NCBI RefSeq assembly: GCF_000143415.4
Contig: NW_003314287.1
Location: 518,203-582,202, forward strand
Source: Selaginella moellendorffii
Lineage: Eukaryota > Plantae > Lycopodiophyta
DNA length: 64,000 nt
Reading direction: 5' to 3'
This document shows positions 13,801 to 24,400 of this stretch, piece by piece. A model generated the notes under the pieces. It saw only the letters and a program-made list of their open reading frames with translations, searched no databases and was not told where the DNA came from. The translations under genes were made by a program, and so were the position numbers. Each line of letters opens with the position of its first letter. The stretch's first letter is position 1.

Positions 13801-15796
13801 ATATAGTTTATGTTCAAACCTCTGAAACACTAGCTCCAAGTGTTTCAAATGATCCTCCAACGTTTCACTAAAGACTAGAACATCGTCGATATATAGAACA
13901 ACAAATATGTCCAAATAATTTCTGAATATTCTATCCATCATAATGCTGAACGTTACTAGAGCATTGCATAACCCAAATGGCATAACAAGGAACTCATAAA
14001 ATCCATACTGAGTCTTAAAGGTTGTCTTCTCCACATCCCGATCTACCATCCATATGTAATGATATCTGGACCGCAAATTAAGCCACGTAAAATACTTAGC
14101 CTTTAAGAGTTGCTCAAACAAGTCATCGATGTGAGGCAAAGGATAACTATTTTTTACTGTGATCTTATTGAGTGTCCAATAGTCGATACACATCCTTATG
14201 GTTCCATCCTTTTTCATAACAAAAAGTGTTGGCATTTCATAAGTTGACTTGCTTGGTCATATATGACCTTTGTCAAGAAACTCTGTGAGTTGCTTTTTGA
14301 GTTCAGCTAGCTCCTTGATGTTCAAATGATATATGGAGCTTTTGTAGGTGGTTTAGAACCCAGAATGACCTCAATCCGATAATCAATCTCACAGCTAGGA
14401 GCCTGATGGCAAATTCTTTGGAAAGATATCCTGATTTCATACCAACAACTCCAAAATCTTCTTTGGTATAGGATCAGCCCTGTCATCGATTCAAATTGAG
14501 TCATCATTACATTCAACTTCCATCACTTGAACCCAAAAGGTCTAACATCCTTTTTTAGCTGATTTTTGAGTGGCTCTCGTAGTTAGAAACTTCGTATCCC
14601 AATCCTTTGAGGAGAGCTTTTGCAATTGGAAAGACACATCGGGACATCCTTCTAATTTCCATGTGATGCGACTTTGTCCAGCACCATAAATCCCTTTAAT
14701 ATATTTGTTGAAAAAATCCATACTGAACACCATCTGAAAATTTAGTATTTTCAACACTACCAAGTCCACTCTTTCTTTCTACTTGGATATTTTTATCAAA
14801 ACATCACTCACAAATTTTCTGGCTACTTGCCCACCTTCCGCAAACCATAAGTGTATGGGTGATATTTTCTCAGCATTCAATCTTAACAACTTAACTAAAT
14901 CTTCGGATATCACGTTGTGTGTAGCTCCTATGTCAATCATCACTCAGATTTAGTGTCCGCAGACAAAGCCTACCAGATATATCAACAAATCAGTGTTTGC
15001 ATTAACTGCGAGAAAAGCTTGAGGAAAATAATGAAAGTAACTCACCTCCTCTTCCTCATGGTCCACATTAACCAATTCATCAACCCCTTCAACTTCACCA
15101 CCACCATCTTCCCTCATGACATTAACACGAGACTTTATTTTATGTTTGTTGGGACATTCTGAGGACCTATGTCCTGAATCTCCACAATAGAAGCAATAAA
15201 CCACACTATCTGTTCTGCTAGGAACAGGTTTCATAGGTTGCTACTGCTTGTACCCACAAGGAGGAGGAACAAAGGGCCTAGGACCAAAAGAAGCTGCTGA
15301 TGGTCTCCAACCACCGCCACCTTTGTTAATTGTTGCTTGTGAGCCTCTAAGGTAGAACCTTCCTTCCACCCTTTATTTCTGATCACCTTGTTTATTCCTA
15401 GAATTCTTATTCTTGTTTGAGGTACAAACATATGGCTGCTGATATTGTTCCATGAGCGAGTGACTAAAGGCAACTTGCTGCACTGCCTCCTTACACTCTA
15501 GGTATGTCTTTGGCTTAAACTTCAAAATCTCATTGCGAGAAAGTGAACTTAAACCCCTCCAGGAAATAATTTCAAGCATCTTTGTCACTCATATTGGCAA
15601 TTATAATATACTTATGAGAAAATGCATTAATGTAAAGCATAATGTCCCCTCACTGCTTTAACTGCTACAGCTCCACAAAAAGTTTTAGACCAAGATCATT
15701 CGGCAAGTATTCTTTATGGATACAAGCCTGCATCTTGGTCCAACTTCTAGTTAGCCCTTTTTCAGCACACACCTGGTGCTACCGGGCACGGACCAT
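10808..15796 (-). mobile_element. Degenerate Ty3/Gypsy chromovirus (LTR family X at left; gag-PR-RT-RH-IN-truncated chromo)
   Basis: LTR X at 10808-~11705. RT 13678-14235 (YIDD), RNase H (CDASGYAIGAVL), integrase HHCC 12673-13062, gag knuckle CFYCGDSGHRSSEC, chromo-like EYEVETIL near 11750. Gag is interrupted at ~15796 by the DNA transposon. Confidence 0.9.
13678..14235 (-). pseudogene. Gypsy reverse transcriptase fragment
   Basis: [29 protein letters not shown] motifs; frameshifted on both sides. Confidence 0.9.
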
Positions 15797-15816
15797 ACTT
15801 GAGCTCACGAGTTGAA

Positions 15817-15844
15817 GAGTTGAGCTCACGAGTTGAGCTCAATT
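15817..15844 (+). repeat. Left (sub)terminal inverted repeat
   Basis: GAGTTGAGCTCACGAGTTGAGCTCAATT; a partial extra copy TTGAGCTCACGAGTTGA lies at 15799-15815. Confidence 0.85.
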
Positions 15845-16325
15845 TTCAATTGTAATTTAGTACAAACATTATAAATTTTAAAATTTTAAGGTTATGGCGA
15901 ACCTAATAATTTAATAACTCTCTATATATTATATAGATAAAAATGTTCTAAAGAACACATTTTGTTCTAATAATTTAAATATTTACTACATGCAATGATA
16001 GGGACATTTGTTAGAACATAAAATAAAATGTTTGAAAAAAGAGTATTCTTGTCACTTCTTTAAATTTGTACTCTATGCTTTTTGGCTAGTAAATGTTAGG
16101 TTTGTCAGAATTAAAAAATTATTAAATTTGAAATAAGATTCTATGTGAAGCCATATAACCGTTTGAAAGGAAAAAAAATAACCGTTGATGTAAGCTTATT
16201 GCATATAAAAGAAAGACTTGGTTCTTTGTAGAATACATTCTTGAGGGGTTTGTCGTAGCATACTGTCTAGAATTTATAGATCTTCATTCACACTCTCATT
16301 CGAAAAAAGGGAAATACACCCACAA

Positions 16326-16778
16326 ATGTCTATGGGTTCTAGTGTTGGTAATTTTAACTCTCACAATCTTTCTTCCCAGGGCTCAAGGGCTAGGAGATGC
16401 AATAACTATCCCATTGCACAGCATAACCAAATCACACAAGAGAATGAAAGAGAGGATAGTGAGGATAGTGATCATGAGTTGGAGATAAATGCAATGACAG
16501 AGGGTGCAACAAATTGGGTGAAAAAGAATGCCCTCTTACTTGTTTTAGAAAAATGCAATTCTGCCACTTTCAAGAAGTGCCCCATATGTTTTCTAGCGTC
16601 TGGTGGAAACAATGGCAATGATCAGTATGATGGTATATATGCTCTTGCGACACACTGCAACATCACGCACCCGAAAGACTACCATGAAATCTTTTTTGAG
16701 ATGGTAAAGACAGAAATGGAGACACACGAGTACTATGGGCAGTATTGCGAGAAGAACACTCGAAAGCATATAAAATGA
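16326..16778 (+). CDS. Small transposon-borne protein with zf-XS-like zinc finger (150 aa)
   Basis: Intact ATG-TGA ORF; TATA-like CATATAAAA ~120 bp upstream; motif CPIC-x21-H-x4-H-x4-H preceded by an acidic tract. Confidence 0.6.
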   Translation: MSMGSSVGNFNSHNLSSQGSRARRCNNYPIAQHNQITQENEREDSEDSDHELEINAMTEGATNWVKKNALLLVLEKCNSATFKKCPICFLASGGNNGNDQYDGIYALATHCNITHPKDYHEIFFEMVKTEMETHEYYGQYCEKNTRKHIK

Positions 16779-16869
16779 AAAGTGAAATGAAAAAGCACAT
16801 TTGTATTAATTATATAAAGTATAATAAGTTTTATTGATAGAGAATAAACATCGATAGTGTTGGAGAAAT

Positions 16870-19800
16870 CTAATTAGCTCCAAAAGTTTTCTGCAACTCA
16901 GCAATAGTAAGGCTTGCTTGGTGTATATGAATATCTACTTTAGGATCCTGGTGCAAGATGTTGATGAAGATGTAGTACATATGCTTGCAAGGAGCATATG
17001 CCTTCCCATGTTCCTCGCGCTTCGTAAAGTCTGGACATGTGCAAGAAGGAAAGTCGTGAATGGCAATTGTGTACTCTCCACCTTCTGTTTTGACTATGTA
17101 CTCCTTTGCAAGCGCAGTGATGTACTTCGTGGAGAGAATCTCACACTCAAGTGTTTGAGCCAAGTTTATTTTACCTTGCTTCTGCTTGGAGACGGTACCA
17201 ATAAATTTAACTGCTTTACCTTTTCGTGCTGGCCTCCTGTGCATCTCTGTAGGAATAGTCCTGCTCCTGTCACTCATGTCTCCAACTCTCCTCTCAAGAT
17301 TAAAACCAGATTTCTCAAGGTTTTCAATCTCATCCGAGGTGAGCGCGACCCCATTAGCAACCGGCCATTCTTTAGGTACTGCATCAGGTTTAGTCATTAT
17401 AGTGTCTTCAAGCCGCTTCATATGGTTGGCGTCGGTGTTGCAACAATATAGCCAGCACCATCTTGAAAATCCTGCTTGCTTTCGTTCCCCATAGAAACAT
17501 GGGGCTGGAACAGAAGCAGACTTTTCACCACGAATCCAGGCCCAACACTTGCCCCTCGGAAGCATCCCCACACACCTTACATTTAATTTTGCTGGCACAC
17601 GTCGGATTGCCCATTGCTTCGGCTCCACACTACGGTAAGCAATTTCAACCTGTTGCGATGCACTCTCTTCATCAGCCACTTGAGGTGGCTCAGTCCGAGA
17701 GCGGTGTCTTGGAGCAGAATGGTACTCGACATCAGGCCTGTGGGAGCTTTTTGCTCCAAGGTCCGTACCAACATCTTCCCCAGCAAAGGAAAAACGACGC
17801 TTTGAGCGAACAGTCTTCATATCACCAATAGAAGCTCGGGGAGTGTACTCCATAGATGTGCCACGGACCACTTCCTCAACTGCAGTTGCCACTGTTCGGG
17901 CGGGTGGAGTTAATTTTCTCTTCATCCTATCATGTAACATCTCAACAGAAGGCCCTGTTCCCATATATCTTCCTTCCTCGAATGCCAGTGCTTTTGAAGA
18001 TTGCTCTATAGCACGTATCAAATCTGATAGACAGGCTTCGTATAGACTCATCTTCCCTTTCCCTGCCTCAGAGGAACGCCAACTCCAATGCTTACTTTCG
18101 GAGAGATTCACAGTTGGGGTGTATGCGAGGTCCTCAAGTGGTTGATCCTAATGGAAAAGGCAATATTAAAAGGTAATAAAAGGAGAAGAAAAAATATAAA
18201 CCAACCTGAAAAGAGTGATGTCCCCATTGGAACATCCTAACTTCCCACCATCCTAACCATGACTCAAGTTGTGGTAGGCAACTTACATCTGTATGGCCAT
18301 CTTCACGCCACCACATTCGGATCTCATTTGCTTTTGCCTCATGCTCTTCTTCAGAAGGTGCAACCTGCCATTGTTTGCACAACTCCTTAAATATTGATTG
18401 AAACTCTGGCTTGATAAGGTGGCAGTGCTGGTTTAGGCTTTGAGCCCAATGGAACTCACAAGTCCTCTCACGACCTTCCAATGGTTGACCATTCCCAAAA
18501 ACTGCTCGGATACCATTCCAATTTGCACCAGCCCCATCTGCCATGAAACCACGAAAGTTTGCAGGCTTACCAGTCCGCTTTAGGACAATATCAGAGAGGG
18601 ACTTCCAAAATATTTCCTGTGCTGTCTGGTCTTGTACTTTAAACTCTGCTGTCGCAATTGTTAAATTACAACGTAGCCTATGAAAACATAAATATCATAA
18701 CAATTTCAATATAATGAGAATAAAAATTACCTTGGATCATACACATGAGCTCCCATGGTTGTCCAACTGGATACACGCTCCATATGGTCAAAATGTACCC
18801 ATGCATTTGCAAGGTCACTGGACCCAAACATGTCCATTCGGGAGACAAGATCTACGCCAGAGGCAGGGCCCATGGTAGACATTTTGAAGACGAAGGGGCG
18901 CTCTTGCTCATTCACAACTTGGTCTGGAAACAAACTTCCGTGGATGAACTCGTATGGACAGGTCCGTTTCAATTCAAGGATGGAGTCAATTTTTGATTGC
19001 AACTTCCCCTCTCGAGATTCACACATCCAAGATTTTATCCTAAACAATATAATGTAAGAAAAAATTATTATTATAACGTATGAAAAATAATGGATGTACC
19101 TTTTTAGGCTAGTAGCAGGTTGTACTCCTCGTAGTAAGTCCCGCAAGCTAGCCTCGTTTAGTTGAGTCTTTTGGAAACCTGGATTGAGTAAGGTATTTGC
19201 GATAAAATCCTTGAGGACGGTCTTCTGAACATGCTTCGGAGTTGCAGATGAGTTTCTCATAGTCTCTTCCTGTACAGCATCTTTGAAACGGTTGAGAGAA
19301 CTCCTTTGTATCCCTTCCTGCATTGGATGCATATGTGTGCCAACATGCACTGCAGCTCTTCCAGCCACTCCATCCCGTGGAAGAAAGTAGTACATCTTGG
19401 CATCGCAGATAGCACGACATAGAGGAGCATTTTTGCAAAATCGACATTTGAATCCAACAGCAATGGTGTCACATGCTGGAGGATTGACTGCAGACCCTTC
19501 GAAAAATATAGAGTTTCTAGAGCGGTCTCGATTGCATGCTTCATCCACACAATCTAAATGCCCGCCACAATGAACTATAGACACTGTGCCTTCAAAATGT
19601 TGGAAGTGTGTGGTCTTGATCTTGCACCAATTGTGGACATCCTGCTTGGTTTCCATCCCCTTCCGTTTGGAACCTGTGCTGCTGACAAGAGGTGGTAGCT
19701 CGAAGAAAATGTTGCCGTTGTAGGAGGATGGAAGCTCACTCACAAGCCTATACAAAAACAAGTGCACGTCGATTGAGAGGCGTGAAAACTGGAAAGCATT

Positions 19801-19953
19801 GCTAACGGCTTTGAATATTGCTGAAGTTGGAGCTGGAGCTGGTGAATTTGGCGCCGACACTAGCATGACATCTTCACTTGAACTAGAAGAGGACGAGAGG
19901 ATAACGACTGACTCTTGCTTCACATTCACTTTCGCTGGAGCGCATTTTGGCAT
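16870..19953 (-). CDS. Mutator/MULE-like DDE transposase with GCM/WRKY-like and SWIM zinc domains (~970 aa, 4 exons)
   Basis: Exons 19953-19100, 19039-18731, 18677-18206, 18147-16870 joined by GT-AG introns of 60, 53 and 58 nt give 2913 nt in frame. Motifs: C..C..CxxC..C..HxH N-terminal domain, VHFDH, FMADG, CEFH (CxxH), NLSES, SWIM CTCPDF...PCKH. Confidence 0.85.
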
Positions 19954-20339
19954 TTTGACTGGAGATCCAAACACTCGAATCTCCTTCGACTTGGAATTTT
20001 GTAAATCCCATTGTTGTCCACCCTCGCCCACACCAGAAAGAAGAAACTCCGAGTATGCAACTATACCGGTGTCGTTGCGGATCACAGCCTCTAAAGAAAT
20101 AGAGCCAAGACGAAGATCAAAACGCCGACATAAAAAAATTTCAGAAACAATACTCTGAGAGAATGAAAGAGGTGGGTGATCTCGAAAATGAAGAAGAAAC
20201 CTCTCCATCCTTCTCAATAGGTTTTGGAATTCTCTCTCTTTATGCTACTTGTAAAAATCTATAGTGAAACATAATTGAAATTTAAATAGAGTAATAAGAA
20301 GACAACGTACAAAATGAATTTAAATTCTATAGCAAATTT

Positions 20340-20670
20340 AACATGTGTAAGTGTGACAGTATTAATATTACTGTCATCTATTATGATGTCTGATGCATGT
20401 ATACACATAGATCCAAGAAAAGATTTTCAGCACGTGAAGTTTGATAGTTAATAATGATACCAGTAATGACATTCAGCTATAACGTGTCAAACCAAGAGAT
20501 CCAATCTAACTATCAGCACGTGTGATATGTCAAGTTGTCAAATTTTGAGTGGTAGATGATAATAAATCTTGTCAAATCTTATTCTTCAATAACAGATTTG
20601 ATTCGTAGTACAACTCAAGTTTTATCCATAATTGTGAACACTGCTCAATGACATTTAAAGCACGTGCCTA
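20340..20670. promoter_or_regulatory. Divergent intergenic region with G-box and TGTCA/TGACA motifs
   Basis: Three GCACGTG copies (~20429, ~20516, ~20660) and several TGTCA/TGACA pentamers between the two head-to-head genes. Function is inferred only. Confidence 0.35.
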
Positions 20671-21104
20671 TTGTCTAGGATCTAATACAGTACAAAATAA
20701 ATTTTTGGATGAGGATTCATCCATTCATAGATGGATATAGTACAACATATTTTAACGTGCCTTATTTATACTCTTTGAAGTTCTTGTAACGATTCCAAAA
20801 TATGTACAAAATAGTGATGAGAATGCATCCTTTCTAGATAATTTGTAAAATATAATATCATATCTCTAATAACAGAAATGTTGATAGGTGCTAGTTATAC
20901 CATCATTAAAATATACAAAATAAAGAAGCATAATTTACATATAATAATAATGATAAGATAAAATAAGATCAAAGATATTGTGATGGTTGAGATTTAGGTT
21001 ATTCGGAATGAACGGCCAGGATTAGAGATTGGTTAGGGTTAGGGCAGCCGTCAGGATTAGGGTTAGGGTAGCCGCCAAGATTAGGTTACTGTTTGCATCG
21101 TGAG

Positions 21105-21432
21105 TGGAGCGCGTGAGAGATCGAGAGATTGAGCGCGAAGGAGATCGAGGGATTGAGCGCGAAGGAGATCGAGCGATTGAGCGCGAAGGAGATCGAGCGA
21201 TTGAGCGCGAAGGAGATCGAGAGATTGAGCGTGCAAGAGATCGAGAGATTGAGCGCGCGAGCGGGAGAGATTGAGCGCGCGAGCAGGAGAGATTGAGCGC
21301 GTGAGTGGGAGAGATTGAGTGCGCGAGCAGGAGAGATTGAGTGCCCGAGCGGGAGAGATTGAGTGTGCGAGCAGGAGAGATTGAGTGCGCGAGCAGGAGA
21401 GATTGAGTGCGCGAGCGGGAGAGATTGAGCGC
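21105..21432 (+). repeat. CpG-rich minisatellite (24-bp then 22-bp units)
   Basis: Units GAGATCGAGCGATTGAGCGCGAAG followed by GAGAGATTGAGYGCGCGAGCRG, directly upstream of ATG 21473. Confidence 0.9.
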
Positions 21433-21472
21433 ACAAGAAATCTAGCACGATCAAGAAATCGAGGGAGGAAAG

Positions 21473-24400
21473 ATGCCGCCAAGGGTGAGTTTCGATTTGA
21501 TTGCTTCCACTTCCATTTTTTGAGTCCATTGCTTCCATTCCATTTCTTCCCTTTTTTTTTTCTTGATTGCTTTTTTGCTGGCCGAGGTCGAGCTCGGGCG
21601 GGCCATCTCGGGCACTTTAGGGGTCGGAGGGGCCGAGGTTATTTGAATAACCTCGGCCCCCTGGGCAGCCAAAGTGCCCGAGGTGGAGTCTAGGCCCACT
21701 TGATTTTTTTTTTCTCTTTGACTATTTGAATTTCTCATTATCTTTATTTAGTTTGACTAACAAAACTTTTTCTCTTGCAGAAAAGGAAAATTGTAACACA
21801 GAAAAAGGTTGTTGGAGCCAAGAAGACACGAGAAGTTCAATTTGGTACTGACGACGACATCACAATCGACATGTCCATTGGCACAACAGAGACACATTTA
21901 GATAGAGATTCACCACCTCCACCACCATCACCTCCACCATCACCACCTCCACCACCGCCATCGCCACCTCCACCACCTCCATCACCACCTCCACCACCTC
22001 CATCGCCACCGCCACCACCACCATTGCCACCACCACTACCACTATTGCCTCTACCCCCGCCGCCACCGCCACCACCACCATTGCCACCACCACTGCCACT
22101 ATTGCCTCTGCCCCCGCCACCACCGCCACCACCACCAACGCAAATCCCTGAAGTTGGGCAATCTAGTGGTGTTCACGATAGGGAGCCTGAGGAACAGCCT
22201 GGAGCTGAAAGAGTTGCAGACCTTCCTGACAACGTGGTGGACAAGCGCTTCCAAGAGACTGTTATGCGGACAAGGGAAAAAGCAGTTCACCAAACACTTG
22301 AGGCGCTCAAGTGGCCAGGCCCTTGTGACTTGATCAGAGAAATCCCCCTTTGCCGTTTGCAGCAGACGAACCTTGTCCGCACAGCATCCAAGTATGTCAA
22401 CCCGGATATATACAGCTTGTTCAAACAGAATGGCCTTGCAACAAATATCGGTATGTTTCTAGTCTCTTTTTGCAAGCCAGGAACAACGGAGATCATTACT
22501 GTCACACCCGAGATTGTGAATAGCTGGGATCCTATTTGGAGGAGGAAGTCCCTAGAATTTGATGACATGCTTATCAGACATCCTGAGACTCGACAGCTTG
22601 CGGGGACAATGTTCCAAATTATTGACGGTAACCACCGATATGGAGCTTGGATGAAGTGTATCGACGATCATTTTCGCGATGATCCTGTCTACCATATCAA
22701 CGTTCCAGTCGGCCATGTCTACGCGAGGGGACCTTTGGATGTCAACAGACTTATCTTGGCCTGCCAAAAGATCAATGCGTAAGTTTTATAATTTTACCTC
22801 TAACTCCACTTTAACTTGTTTTGTTGTGTTTAAATGTAGGCTTGGGCAGTTCGCTGTTCAAAAACAAAATCTTGTCCATGACATCGAGCAACTTCGATTT
22901 TTGGCAGACTTGAGTGAGGATGACATCCGCCAACATTATGGTGATGATCTCGCAACACTTGTTCGGCACTCACGCACTCGAAATGACGGTACAACTTGGT
23001 TCAACAACCCAATCAGTTTTATGCTCGCTGTGTGGTGTAAGGTATGTCTTTCCCTTTTATTTTATAAAAGCCTTTTTTAATTATTTTTGTTTTTAGCCTT
23101 TGGTGAAGGTCAAGCAGGATGCTTACGAACTTGCATATCTGGAGAAGAGTCGGGAAGAGCTCTCAGCTGAGTTTGTACAAATTGAGCACAAAATTCAGCA
23201 TGCAAAGTCCTCAAAGTTGAAGAAACTAGTATGCATTGCAGACAGTCGCAGGCCGAAGGAGTGGCTAGAGACTATAGCCGAAATTTCTTCTCATGAATGT
23301 AAGTTTTTTATCACACTTCATTTTTCTTAATTATGCATATGTTACTTTTGCAGTGAACAAAACTCCAGATGATATGATTTACAATATCGCAAAATCGAAG
23401 TTTCCATATAAGCAACAGATAGAGACTCTGGAGTTCCTCAATGTCTGCTTGATGAACAGAGAGAAAGGACTGCCAGAACTATTTGAGAACATGATGAGAA
23501 GGGCTGTCTACATCACGCAAACTATAAGTGAAGGTGAGAAGTTCTTGGCACCACACATTGGTGACGATCCAGATGGCACATTCATGTCTTTCGACACCTA
23601 CATCAACACGTCATTGGAAGGGATCGAAGAGGGGTGGCTGCCAGAGAAGTCTACAAGCACAACAACTTATGATTGCCAACATGGTTAACCTTATTTCATG
23701 CGACGTGCAGCTTATAGGTATAATATGATTTCTAAGACTGTTTTTTAATATATATTGTTTACAGGTATCTTCGATATAGAGGCATGCCATTTGAGGCACC
23801 AGTTTGCACTCAACTTGTTGCAAAGGGTGTAAGAGATGGAGGAATGTATCCAACAATGTTTGCGAGAGTTCCGAAGGCACGGAAGATAGAATGCCCTTGG
23901 GAGTTGGAACTCCTAGGGAAGGAGACCTCTACACTAGATCGCGAGGAAATTATCAATGCTAGCAACGATGGCAATGCAAGTGACGATGGAGACGAGGATG
24001 AGGAAGCTCCAGATCAAGTTCATGTTCCACCACCAGACAGTCAGGAACAGGCTCCAATTCAACCATCAAACAACCAAGATCCGGATCAGGTTTTACCAGT
24101 AAATAACGATGATCAAGTGGTTCACCGAATATCACGTCGACCTCGAGGTAAGCAAAAGTGAATTTTACAAACTAAAGGTGGTAATACATGTTTTTTGCAG
24201 CAATGACTGTTGGTAGTAATTTCATTCCAGCTCGACGAGATGCTCGTGAAGAGGAGTTGGAGGAACTCTCATCGACAACACGCCATATGACGGTATCATA
24301 CTATTTATTACTTTTTTCATTCATTTAGCTCTTTTATAGGTCCGTCCTGTGTCCCCAATAACACAACGAGGCATTGTGGGTATCTTCATTGGCTCTTACA

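Noticed and set aside
19954-20217. N-terminal extension of the transposase in the ORF track
   Set aside because: It begins at a non-ATG codon and reads like 5' UTR; the ATG at 19953 (AAAATG context) is the more plausible start, though unproven.
21030-21090. Interstitial telomere
   Set aside because: Only a few interrupted TTAGGG units; more consistent with promoter teloboxes.
21910-22140. Extensin or formin gene
   Set aside because: The poly-Pro tract is a linker in frame with the ParB-like domain; no signal peptide or FH2 domain.
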